Assembly: GCA_965205485.1 (NCBI GenBank)
Contig: OZ242180.1
Coordinates: 1,984,001-2,048,000, forward strand
Origin: Candidatus Latescibacterota bacterium
Lineage (GTDB): Bacteria; Latescibacterota; UBA2968; GCA-2709665
Direction: 5' to 3'
DNA: 64,000 bases
Shown here: in pieces, positions 19,934 through 30,047 of the stretch
How positions within the stretch are numbered: the stretch's first letter is position 1
Layout of the letters: the number at the start of each line of letters is the position of its first letter
Made by a program: the position numbers and the translations under genes
The notes under the pieces: model-generated
Database searches by the model: none
Seen by the model: only the letters and a program-made list of their open reading frames with translations
Told to the model about the DNA's origin: nothing

Positions 19934-22009
19934 ATGAGGAACGTATACGGCAGCGTCCTGCTGGCGATACTCGCATTGTCAACTGTCTGTCCGGTCGCGG
20001 AAGGCGGTGAGACATCGGTCGCGATTGTCACCGGTGAAGTCCGGGATCCGGTCTCGCGGGAAATCACGTTCAGGTTCGACACGCCGACGGCGTTGGGCAG
20101 GAAGGTGGAGCGGAAAGTGACCCTGGACAGCCGGAACCGCTTCGCCCTGGAAATTCCCGTTGTCCGTGGGACCCTGGTAAGGGGAAGTTACAAGGGGAGA
20201 AGCATACCATGGAAATGGGTGCGGCAGGCCGCGTCGTACGTCTTCAAGCCGGGTCCACTCGTGCTGTATGTCGAACCCGGTGACAGCCTGCATATCAGGA
20301 TCCATCCCGGTCGTCTCAATACCACTTACCGGTTCAGCGGCCGGAACGCGGATAACAACCGCTTTATTGCCGAATGGTACCCCCGGTTTCCGGATTTCCA
20401 ACGGAAAATCAGGGATGCCAGGGATGCGGAGGCGGGAGACTTTGCACGTCTGGCGGACGGATGGCGCGCGGACCAGAATGAATTCCTGAACCGGCGGCGC
20501 ACGAGATACGCGTTATCGCCCGGATTCATCGAACATGCGGAGCGCTATTTCAACTATACGTACGCGTTCCTGATGATCTCATACCCTACCAATTACCGGT
20601 TTGCCACGGGCCTTGAGAACAAGAATATCCCACCTGACTTCTATGACTTTCTTAAACAAATCCCGCTGGCCGATGAGAAGGCGATTGGCGTGGAACCGTA
20701 TTCAACCTACCTGGTTCGGACAATGGATCTGGAAATGGTGAAGATGCCCAGGTCGACAGAGTTGTCCGACCTGTACGATTTGACCAGCCTGGAGCTGTCA
20801 AGGGAGACTCTCGCCGGACTGGATTCCCTCTACGCGCGGTTCGGGTGGCATCCCAGCCTGTCGAAGATGATAGACCTGTCAACGTTGGGTCTGCCAGGAG
20901 ATGTTGAAACCAGACTCGACTCATTGTACGCCTCCAGGGGAAGACCCCGGCTTTCTCAGATGTTCGATCTTGCGAAAATGGGCTTGTCGGAAACGGCCCG
21001 GACAGAGATCGACTCCTTCTATGCGAAGAGCGATGGATCTTACAGGATTGTCACTTCAAAGGAACTGAAAGAGCCAAAGATCGATACGACGGATGGCGCG
21101 CTGGTCTTCAGGGTGCCCAATAAGGACGGTGCAGCGTCCCCGGATGGATTGAAGTCGTTCGAAAAGACACCGAAATTGTCGGAAATGGTGGATCTATCGG
21201 GATTGGACCTGTCGCCTGGGATCGGCGCACATCTGGACTCTCTCTACGATAACCGCCGACCGCTCAGGCTGTCCGACAAGCTGGATCTCGCGGGCCTGGG
21301 ATTGTCGCAGGCGGCGCAGACAACGCTCGATTCGATTTATGCGATTAAGACCCGGACGATATCAATGCTGCCACGCACGTTCAATTTGGCGGAGAAGAAG
21401 CTGAACGGGAGGGTGCGCTATTGGTTTCTGGCTGGACGACTGATCAGTGGTTTCCAGGGCGGAGGCGCGAGCTTCGCTGTGGTCAACCGTATGTGGAAGG
21501 ACTTCCAGGCGACCAACCCCTACCCGGAATACAACGCGGCGGTCCTGGCGGCGCTGGACAAGGCGATGGCGCTGCAACCCGGGCGTCCGGCGCCGGATTT
21601 CACATTGACGGACCTGGACGGTCAACCGGTGTCTCTGAGCCAGTTCAGGGGCAAGGTGGTCCTCCTGGATTTCTGGGCGAGTTGGTGCGGACCGTGCATC
21701 GCCAACCTGCCGTCCATCAGGAATTTAAAGAAGAAAACCACCGATTTACCGTTGGTTTTCCTCAACCTTTCACTGGACTCGAGTGACGCCGCATGGCGCA
21801 AGGCCATCGAAGAACACGGGATCGAAGGGGTGCACGTGCGCTCCGGGGCGTCCGGTTCCGGCCCCGCCGTCGACTACAACGTTCGCGGGATACCGGCCTA
21901 TTTCCTGGTGGATCCGAAGGGAATGGTCCTGGAGCGGCTGGACGGATTGGAAATTCGCGATACGGATGGCGTGGTCGCAAAGATCCTGAAGAGCCTGGGC
22001 TCGGTCTGA
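19934..22009 (+). CDS. Secreted TlpA/ResA-type thioredoxin-fold protein with internal ~31-aa repeats
   Basis: Signal peptide; C-terminal PAPDFTL...LLDFWASWCGPC...GIPAYFLVD. Confidence 0.88.
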   Translation: MRNVYGSVLLAILALSTVCPVAEGGETSVAIVTGEVRDPVSREITFRFDTPTALGRKVERKVTLDSRNRFALEIPVVRGTLVRGSYKGRSIPWKWVRQAASYVFKPGPLVLYVEPGDSLHIRIHPGRLNTTYRFSGRNADNNRFIAEWYPRFPDFQRKIRDARDAEAGDFARLADGWRADQNEFLNRRRTRYALSPGFIEHAERYFNYTYAFLMISYPTNYRFATGLENKNIPPDFYDFLKQIPLADEKAIGVEPYSTYLVRTMDLEMVKMPRSTELSDLYDLTSLELSRETLAGLDSLYARFGWHPSLSKMIDLSTLGLPGDVETRLDSLYASRGRPRLSQMFDLAKMGLSETARTEIDSFYAKSDGSYRIVTSKELKEPKIDTTDGALVFRVPNKDGAASPDGLKSFEKTPKLSEMVDLSGLDLSPGIGAHLDSLYDNRRPLRLSDKLDLAGLGLSQAAQTTLDSIYAIKTRTISMLPRTFNLAEKKLNGRVRYWFLAGRLISGFQGGGASFAVVNRMWKDFQATNPYPEYNAAVLAALDKAMALQPGRPAPDFTLTDLDGQPVSLSQFRGKVVLLDFWASWCGPCIANLPSIRNLKKKTTDLPLVFLNLSLDSSDAAWRKAIEEHGIEGVHVRSGASGSGPAVDYNVRGIPAYFLVDPKGMVLERLDGLEIRDTDGVVAKILKSLGSV

Positions 22010-22084
22010 ACATCTCCCTTTTGTGTCAACGGTGGCGTCCGGCTCGCGGACGAGTACGGCATCGACAGGGTCGCAAGCGTAAAC

Positions 22085-22125
22085 AAAGGATCGGCAGCTT
22101 TCAGGCTGCCGATCCTTTAATTTTG
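22085..22125. terminator. Intrinsic terminator, probably bidirectional
   Basis: AAAGGATCGGCAGC-tttcag-GCTGCCGATCCTTT between convergent genes. Confidence 0.75.
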
Positions 22126-22387
22126 CCTTGATTCGTGATTATTGGGGGACCTGAATGAAGAACAATCGCGAATTGACGTCAAAGTTCCCAGATACGTCAG
22201 GTCACCGGACGTGAAAGGAAATTTCATCCACTTGTACGACCTCGATGCCCCGCTCTTGCGCTGCTTCCTTCTGTGTCTTTTGTGCTTTTTGTGGTAAGTC
22301 TTGCCGTTGCCTTTCTTCGGATTAAGGTTAGTTGCCAGGTCATTGCAGAATCTTCGAGTCCAGGCTTGCGAAATCCGGCCTCCTCGT

Positions 22388-25300
22388 TCAATCGTCCGCA
22401 GCCGTGGACTCCGCTACGGATTGCGCCTGCCCGTTGCCGCCGTGGGTTTCGTGGTCCAGCCTGACCGATACCAGCCTGGACACCCCCGGTTCTTCCATCG
22501 TAATCCCGTGCAGACAGTCCGCCGCGTCCATCGTCACCTTGTTGTGGGTCACCACGATGAACTGGGTGTCGGCCGCGAACCGCTTGAGGACACGCACGAA
22601 ACGGGTGACGTTGGCATCGTCCAGAGGAGCGTCGACCTCATCGAGGATGCAGAAAGGGCTGGGCTTGACCAGGTAGATCGCGAACAGGAGCGCAATCGCG
22701 GTGAGCGCCCGCTCTCCGCCTGAGAGCAGGTTGATGTGCTGGAGCCGCTTGCCTTTCGGGCGGGCGATGATCTCCAGCGGCGCCTCCAGCGGGTCCTCGT
22801 CCGGGGGCATCAGGAGATCCGCCTGACCTCCGTCGAAGAACGCCTCGAAAGTCTTCCGGAAGTTCTGCTTGATCTGATCGAACGTAACCATGAACCGGCC
22901 GCGGGCCGTCCTGTCGATGCGGGAAATGGTCCGCTGAAGGGTTTCGGCCGCCTCGAGCAGATCGCTCCGGTGTTTCGACATGAACTCGTGATGTTTTTTC
23001 TGGTCCTCGTACTCTTCCACGGCGCCCGGATTCACCGGACCCATCCGCCGGATCCGCTCGCGAAGCTCGTCTCTTTGCACTTCCGTTACGTCTGCATTGA
23101 ACTCCGGATCGTCCAGTGCGCCCGCTTCTCTGACGTCCACGTCGTACTCATCCAGAATTCGCGCCCGCAGGGCCTCGGCCCCGGTTCTCAGTTCCGCCAT
23201 CTCCGCCTGAAGCTGACCCAAACGGTCCCTGTTCCGATTCGCACGACGGTTCTTGTCCCGCACTTCCTCTTCGAGCTGGCGGGTATCCGTCAACAACGCC
23301 TGCTGGCGTTCCGCCTGCGTGTCCCGCTTCGATTCCAGTTCGTCCTGCCTGCGATGCAGGGTCTCCAGTTCCTTCCCGGATTCCTGCGCCGCCTTCTCCA
23401 GGCCGAGTCTTTCCTTTCGTCGTTCCTCGCAGTCGGCGACCAGTCGTGTCATCTCCTTCTCGGTTTCGGTCAGGTCCCGCGCCCACCGTTGCCCTTCGTG
23501 TTCGTGACGGTCCACGCTGGCTGTCAGCGATGCGATCTCCACCTGCCGGCCTGAGAACGCGTCCTGCCCGGCCCGCTGCTGATGTTCCTGCTCCCGCAAC
23601 GCAGCGTCCACGTCACCCGTAGCCGCTTCCAACCGCTCCCGGCGTTTCTCCAGCACGTTCAATTCCGCCGCCTCGGAAGCGATGGCTTCCCTCAGCCCGG
23701 TTTCGTCGGACGTCACCGCCGCGATTTCATCCCGCAATTCCACCTCCACGCGCAACTGTCGCTGCTCTTCCTCCCGGGCAATCTGCAGGTCCCTGCGGCT
23801 TGCGGCCAGGCGGTTGTTCAGGTCCGCAAGAATCCCGTCGGTTTCGTCGATACGGGCCTGTAATTCGTCCCGCGATGCAGTGGTCTCCTCGAGCCTCGTA
23901 TCCAGCGACTGCAGGTCCGCGCCCGCGGTGCTCAGGTTTGCTTCCAGCGTCTCAATCTCCTGCCTGCGCCCTATCAGGCCCGTTCCATCCTTGGCCGTCT
24001 TACCCCCGTAAATCGTACCGTCGGCTGAGAACAACTCGCCGTTCTCGGTCACCAGGTCCACGCCGAGAGACCTCATTTCATCCAGCAGCACAAGCGCGTA
24101 CCCGGCATTTTTCACCACCAGCGTCCGGTGAAGCAGCGCGTGAACCGGAGATTCCTCGCCGTGCAGGAGATCCGACGCCCTGCCCACCACGCCTTCCGCA
24201 TCCGGCGCCGACCACGGCGCGTCGTTACCGTTCGAAAGGGAGTCCAGCGGCAAAAACGCCGCTGATCCGAGGTCGCCTGACTGCAGGTAGTCGATGGCTT
24301 TCAATGCATCTGCCGGTTCGTCCACCAGAAGACATTCCAGCGCACGACCCAGGGCAGCTTCGATGGCGGTCGCGTATCGCCCGTCCACTTCAATCCGGTC
24401 TGCAACCACGCCGCGCACGCGATCGGCAAATGGAGATTCCACCGCCAGCGCGCGGACGCCGCTCGAATACCCCTCGAATCCCTCCCGAAGCTTCTTCAGC
24501 AGTCCGATCCTCGCATCGTCGGCCTCCCTTATGGCCAGCAACCGGCTGCGCTCTTCCGTCATCTCCTCCTGTCGTTCGATCAGCTGCTCGTACTTTGCGG
24601 CGTCAGTCTCCCTCAGCCGGCTCCTGTCGGCCACGGCGCGTTCCAGGCGATCGATCTGTCGTTCCGCTTCGCGGCTTGCGGCGTCCGCCGCCTCCTTGCG
24701 AAGCGCCGACTGCTTTGCATCGGCTTCGAGTCTGGCCTGGCGTTGTGTGATTCCCTCTAGTCTTGCCCGTCCGCGTTCCAACCGGCCGCTTCCTTCACTG
24801 AGTTCGCCCAGGGCGCTTATCAATTGGGACTTTTGTTCATCCGCACGGGTTCTCCGTGCGTCAAGCGCCTGGTTCGCCGCCTCCAGTTTGCCGCGCTCGG
24901 CCTCCAATGCGCGTTCCGCGTGTTGGTATGCCCCACGCGCCTCCGCCTCCAGCCGGCGTGCCTCTGCTGCTTCCTTCCGTGCAATATCCCGCCGGCGCGT
25001 CATGTCTTCCTTTCGCCGGGCCGCCTGCTTCAGGAAGGCGTCAATCGATCGGATTCTCTCCTGCGCTACCTGGATATGCGTGTCTTTCCTGTGTACGAGT
25101 TGACTCTGGCTGCTCACTTCCGCGTTCGCTTCTCTGAGCGCACGATCGCGTTCGGACAGTTCCGTCCGGACCTCTTCGAGGCGCGCTTCCAGGCGCGTGA
25201 CGTCTCCGGCGGCCACCTCGACGTCCTCTTTCAGGAACGCCATCTCATCCGCGACCGGGCGGGACCTATCGGACATCTGAAAGAACCGTTGTCGTCCGAG

Positions 25301-25984
25301 CCGGACTTCAAGGTCCTTCATCTGGTCGGATAGCTGCATATAGAGACGGGCTTTCCGCTCCTGCCTGGCGAGCGACTTCACCTGGCGCTCGACTTCCGCC
25401 ATGACGGCATCCACAGTCTGCAGATCCCTGCGGACGGACTCCAGTCGGTTCCACGCCGCCCGGCGCTGCACTTTGTACCGCGTTACCCCCGCCGCCTCCT
25501 CGAACAGCCGCCGCCTTTCTTCCGGTTTGTCGCTGATGATCTCATCCATCATCCCCTGCTCGATGACGGAATAGGCATGGGCGCCCAGCCCTGTATCCAT
25601 CAGCAGATTTTGAATATCCTTCAACCTGCAGGGGACCTTGTTGAGCAGATAGTCGCTGTCTCCGGACCGGAACAGCCGGCGGGTCACGGTCACTTCGGTG
25701 TAGTCAACAGGAAGAATCCGTTCCTCGTTGTCGATGGTGATGGATACCTCGGCCATGCCCAGCGGTTTCCGGTTCCGCGTTCCCGAAAAAATCACGTCTT
25801 CCATATTGTTGCTGCGCAACGACCGGACCCGCTGCTCGCCCAGCGCCCAGCGCAGGGCATCCACCACGTTGGATTTGCCGCAGCCGTTGGGGCCAACGAC
25901 GCAGGTAATGCCCTTCTGCAGCGAGAGATCCAGCTGTTGCACGAAGGACTTGAAGCCCAATGCCGTCAGTCGGGAAAGGTACAA
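22388..25984 (-). CDS. smc: Chromosome segregation protein SMC
   Basis: GFKSF, GPNGCGKSN, hinge, LSGGE, LDEVDAPLD; TTG start after GGAGG. Confidence 0.96.
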   Translation of the reverse strand: MYLSRLTALGFKSFVQQLDLSLQKGITCVVGPNGCGKSNVVDALRWALGEQRVRSLRSNNMEDVIFSGTRNRKPLGMAEVSITIDNEERILPVDYTEVTVTRRLFRSGDSDYLLNKVPCRLKDIQNLLMDTGLGAHAYSVIEQGMMDEIISDKPEERRRLFEEAAGVTRYKVQRRAAWNRLESVRRDLQTVDAVMAEVERQVKSLARQERKARLYMQLSDQMKDLEVRLGRQRFFQMSDRSRPVADEMAFLKEDVEVAAGDVTRLEARLEEVRTELSERDRALREANAEVSSQSQLVHRKDTHIQVAQERIRSIDAFLKQAARRKEDMTRRRDIARKEAAEARRLEAEARGAYQHAERALEAERGKLEAANQALDARRTRADEQKSQLISALGELSEGSGRLERGRARLEGITQRQARLEADAKQSALRKEAADAASREAERQIDRLERAVADRSRLRETDAAKYEQLIERQEEMTEERSRLLAIREADDARIGLLKKLREGFEGYSSGVRALAVESPFADRVRGVVADRIEVDGRYATAIEAALGRALECLLVDEPADALKAIDYLQSGDLGSAAFLPLDSLSNGNDAPWSAPDAEGVVGRASDLLHGEESPVHALLHRTLVVKNAGYALVLLDEMRSLGVDLVTENGELFSADGTIYGGKTAKDGTGLIGRRQEIETLEANLSTAGADLQSLDTRLEETTASRDELQARIDETDGILADLNNRLAASRRDLQIAREEEQRQLRVEVELRDEIAAVTSDETGLREAIASEAAELNVLEKRRERLEAATGDVDAALREQEHQQRAGQDAFSGRQVEIASLTASVDRHEHEGQRWARDLTETEKEMTRLVADCEERRKERLGLEKAAQESGKELETLHRRQDELESKRDTQAERQQALLTDTRQLEEEVRDKNRRANRNRDRLGQLQAEMAELRTGAEALRARILDEYDVDVREAGALDDPEFNADVTEVQRDELRERIRRMGPVNPGAVEEYEDQKKHHEFMSKHRSDLLEAAETLQRTISRIDRTARGRFMVTFDQIKQNFRKTFEAFFDGGQADLLMPPDEDPLEAPLEIIARPKGKRLQHINLLSGGERALTAIALLFAIYLVKPSPFCILDEVDAPLDDANVTRFVRVLKRFAADTQFIVVTHNKVTMDAADCLHGITMEEPGVSRLVSVRLDHETHGGNGQAQSVAESTAADD

Positions 25985-26362
25985 AGTTCCGCCTCCTGAA
26001 GAACACAGCTTCCATGTCCGGATGCACGGGACGAATCGGACGTGGCGCGACAGCAAGGACAAATCGCAAGCAGCGCCGATCCGCCGTATCATAGCCCGGA
26101 CTGCACCGGACGCTCGCTATTGACCTGAAATAGCGAGTATTACAATGAAAGGGGAAAGATGGGGAGGTGAGGAATACGCAACAGATTGGGGAATAACCCG
26201 TTGCGGTGTCTGAAAAGTACTACATCTTGTAGCGGCCGTCAAGACCAAATTCCCTCTTGCAATATGGGTGGCCTTTCAACACCGGCTTTTTTGATTTCCA
26301 ACCGCCGGTTTTTGGCTTACTTTATCGGATCGTACGCGCGGCCCCTATTTCGGAAACCCCTT

Positions 26363-27541
26363 ATGAACTGCGCTTTCTCCGATCCTATCGCCAGAGTCGA
26401 AAAGGTCGTCCTCCACGGCAGGCGGCCGCGTTCCATCGGGCGGAACGCGCGTATCGGCGACCATGGCCCGGCCGTCACCGATCCGGTCGTGCGCATCTCC
26501 ACGGCGGGCGGCGCCGTGGGCGTCGGCTGGTCTTCCCTGGACAGGGATCGCGCCGAAGCGCTGCTCGGCGTGCGCCCATCGGATCTTTTCGATCTTCCCG
26601 GCGGGTCAACCGGCGACGGCGCGGCCATCGATCTTCCACTGTGGGATCTGGCCGCCAGATGTGAAGGGGTGCCCATGTATCAGCTCCTGGGCGCGCGCGG
26701 TTCGCGCGAAGTCGAACTCTACGACGGCTCCATCTATATCGACGACCTGGGGGTTTCCGACAGCGAAGCGAGGAGGATCTTCCACGAGGAAGTCCGAACC
26801 GGGCACGACGCCGGCTACCGCAATTTCAAAATCAAAATCGGCCGCGGCGCGCGCTGGATGCCGGTCCGGGAAGGTACGGACCGGGACGTGCTGGTGATCC
26901 ACGCCGTCCGGCAGGCCGCGGGACCGGATGCGAAAGTCCTGATTGACGCCAACAACGGAACCACGCTCAATATCGCTCTGGACATCCTCGAACGCTGCCG
27001 CGACGCCGGGATCTACTGGTTCGAAGAGCCGTTTCCTGAAGACCGGGCGTTCAATGAGGCATTTAAGGAAGCCATCGAACGTTGGGGCTACAATACGTTC
27101 GTGGCGGACGGCGAGTCCGGGCCGCCGCCGCCGGACTTCTTCGATATGGTCGAAAGTGGATGGATCGATATCGTACAGCACGATTTCCGTTACAAGGGGC
27201 TCACATGGTGGAAAGCCACCGCGGAACGCATCGAACCCTGGGGTGCGCAGTGCGCCCCCCACTGCTGGGGTAGCGTCATCGAGCGATACGCCCACGCCCA
27301 CTTCGCCGCTTCCGTTCCCAACTACAGCCTCCTGGAAGCCGCCCCCGCGGAGATGCCCGGCATCGCCCTGGACGGGTGGCGGATGAAAGACGGCAGGCTG
27401 ACCGTGCCCGATACGCCCGGCGCGGGATTCGACGTCGAAACGGACGTGCTGGAACGGGGCGTGACGTCGGATGGCGGATTTCGCATCGGCATGCACGATC
27501 GCCAGCGCCCCCGACGCCCTTCGCCGGCACGCGTATCCTGA
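26363..27541 (+). CDS. Mandelate racemase/muconate lactonizing enzyme family protein
   Basis: IDLPLWDL, KIK, LIDAN, WFEEP, ADGES, APH. Confidence 0.88.
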   Translation: MNCAFSDPIARVEKVVLHGRRPRSIGRNARIGDHGPAVTDPVVRISTAGGAVGVGWSSLDRDRAEALLGVRPSDLFDLPGGSTGDGAAIDLPLWDLAARCEGVPMYQLLGARGSREVELYDGSIYIDDLGVSDSEARRIFHEEVRTGHDAGYRNFKIKIGRGARWMPVREGTDRDVLVIHAVRQAAGPDAKVLIDANNGTTLNIALDILERCRDAGIYWFEEPFPEDRAFNEAFKEAIERWGYNTFVADGESGPPPPDFFDMVESGWIDIVQHDFRYKGLTWWKATAERIEPWGAQCAPHCWGSVIERYAHAHFAASVPNYSLLEAAPAEMPGIALDGWRMKDGRLTVPDTPGAGFDVETDVLERGVTSDGGFRIGMHDRQRPRRPSPARVS

Positions 27542-27551
27542 AAGGAAGTGC

Positions 27552-28643
27552 ATGCCAACGTACAACATCGCGGTACTCCCAGGAGACGGCGTCGGGCCGG
27601 AAGTGGTCGCGGAGGCGCTCAAGGTGCTTCTGGCGCTCGAGGAACCGCATCCCGATCTCCGTTTCACATTTTCCGAACACCGGGTTGGCGCCGGGTGTTA
27701 CGCCGAAACCGGGGTTGACCTTCCGGAATCCACGCTCGAGGCCTGCAAGCAGGCCGACGCCGTGCTCTTCGGCTCAGCCGGCGACCCGGACATCCGGTTT
27801 CCCGACGGCACGGAAATCGCACCGCAACTCACGCTGCGCTTCGAGCTGGACCTGTACGCCGGGATACGGCCCATCAGGAAATACCGTGGCGTGCCTCCGC
27901 TTCTGGACGGAAACCCGCCCCTCGACTACGTCATCATGCGAGAGAATACCGAGGGCCTCTACGCCTCCCGAGGCGCCGGGGTCCGCCTCGGAGACAGCCT
28001 CGCCGTGGACAACATGGTCATCACCCGCGCCGGTACCGAGCGGATCGTCAGATACGCTTTTGAAATCGCAAAGCAACGGAAGGGGGCGCCGGCCGACGGC
28101 AGGAGCCGCGTGACGTCAGTGGACAAGGCCAACATTCTGAAGAGCATGGCTTTTTTCAGGCAGATCTACGACGAGGTCGCGGAATCCTATCCCGGCATCG
28201 AACGGGACTATGCCTACGTGGACGCATTCACGGTGTACCAGCTTCGCAACCCCGCCTGGTACGACGTTGTCGTCGCGGAGAATATGTTCGGAGACATCAT
28301 CTCGGACCTGGCCGCAGCAACCATCGGCGGGATGGGGATGGCGCCCTCGGCCGACGTCGGCGACCGCTACGGCGTCTTCCAGCCGTCCCACGGCACCGCG
28401 CCGGATATTGCCGGGAGCGGTACCGCCAATCCCATGGCACAGATCCTCTCCGCCGGGATGATGCTATCGTGGCTGGGCGCACGCCATGACGATACGGAAG
28501 CCATCGCTGCCTCGGAGACGATCGACCGCGCGGTTGATCTGGCGCTGGGCGATCCGAAGAACCACCCGGCCGATCTCGGAGGCGCCGCCGGGACAACGAA
28601 AGTGGGCGACGCGGTGGCCGATGCCGTCGCGAACCCGGGTTAA
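27552..28643 (+). CDS. Isocitrate/isopropylmalate/tartrate dehydrogenase family protein
   Basis: PGDGVGPEV, RENTEGLY, VDKANI, NMFGDIISD, HGTAPDIAG. Confidence 0.92.
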   Translation: MPTYNIAVLPGDGVGPEVVAEALKVLLALEEPHPDLRFTFSEHRVGAGCYAETGVDLPESTLEACKQADAVLFGSAGDPDIRFPDGTEIAPQLTLRFELDLYAGIRPIRKYRGVPPLLDGNPPLDYVIMRENTEGLYASRGAGVRLGDSLAVDNMVITRAGTERIVRYAFEIAKQRKGAPADGRSRVTSVDKANILKSMAFFRQIYDEVAESYPGIERDYAYVDAFTVYQLRNPAWYDVVVAENMFGDIISDLAAATIGGMGMAPSADVGDRYGVFQPSHGTAPDIAGSGTANPMAQILSAGMMLSWLGARHDDTEAIAASETIDRAVDLALGDPKNHPADLGGAAGTTKVGDAVADAVANPG

Positions 28644-28660
28644 TACACGAGGAAAATGCC

Positions 28661-29983
28661 ATGACTAAAAAAGAAAAGAGGAGTCTCGTCAATCGCGCCG
28701 TGGGCGCCGAGTCGAAACGGGCACGGGTACTTTCGAGTAAGGTGCACGCATGGGCGGAACGGCCCTTCCGCGAAGTCAAGTCCTCGCGGGCGATCGCCGA
28801 CTACCTGGATTCTCGCGGCTTCGAGGTCGATTTCCCTTTCAACAAGATTCCCACGGCGTTTCGCGCAACCCGGGGAACCGGAGAACCGGCGGTCGGCATG
28901 CTGGGCGAATACGACGCCCTGCCCAACTGCGGCCCCGAAGAAGGTCAATGGGGTCACGGCTGAGGCCATAACCTCCTGGGCGTTGCCCCGGCCGTGGGTG
29001 CGGTCGCCGCTGCGAAGATCCTCGAATCAACCGGAATATCGGGCAAAATCGTGTACTACGGCTGTCCGGCGGAGGAAACCCTGGGTGGCAAAGTCTACAT
29101 GGCCCGCGACGGCGCCTTCCGGGACCTGGACGTCTGCCTTGCGTGGCATCCGGGGGATGAATCGGGCGTCAACAATTTCGGCGGGTCGTCGTTGGACTCC
29201 CTCGTCTATGAGTTTTTCGGCCGCACGGCCCACGGCGCGTCAGCCCACCGGGGCCGCAGCGCGCTGGACGGGGTGATGCTCACGGACGTCGCCGCCAACT
29301 ATCTCCGCGAGCACGTCCCCGAAAACGTCAGGATCCATTCCGTGATCCGCGACGGAGGCGACGCACCCAACGTGGTGCCGGCCTATGCGAAGATCTGGTA
29401 CTTCGTTCGAGGCAAGGACCGCGCGCAGGTCGACGACGTGCGGGAACGCCTCACCGCCTGCGCCAGGGGCGCCGCCAGGGCGACCGATACGAAGATGAAA
29501 TGGTCGCGAATCACCGCCGTGTACCCGCGTCTGCCCAACAAGGCGATGTGTGAAATCGTCCGAAAGAACCTCAAACTCTTCGGGCCTCCCAAACCGACGG
29601 AAGCCGACGTGAAGCACGCCGAAGGCCTCGGCTACAAGAAAGGTTTCAACACGAAGATCGCCAAGGGCAGCGGCTCGCAGGGACGGGGATCCACGGACGA
29701 GGACAACGTATCCTGGCTGGCCCCGCTGGGACGCTTCGAGATGGTCTGTTACGCGAAGGGAACGCCCGGCCACCACCGGGATATGGCCGCGCAGGCTGCC
29801 CTGCCCTTCGCCGATCGTGCGGTCCGGCAGACCGCGAAAGTCTTCGCCGGAAGCGCGGTCGACCTCTGCCGGGACCCGGAAAAACTGAAAAAGGCGCGCG
29901 CGGAGTTCGAAAAACGCTCGGAAGGATTCACATACGACCCGCTGGTTCGCAAGAGGCAGAAAGTACCCGTCGATCCGCCGTAG
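28661..29983 (+). CDS. AbgB-like M20 amidohydrolase with in-frame TGA (28961-28963) at the conserved Cys; candidate selenoprotein
   Basis: GEYDALP...GHG*GHNLLG...GCPAEE...WHP...GRSALD in one continuous frame. Confidence 0.8.
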
Positions 29984-30047
29984 CGGGGTCTCAAAGCTGT
30001 CTGGTATTGATCCGACCCGAAAAAACCCTCAGCCAGGGACAAAACAC

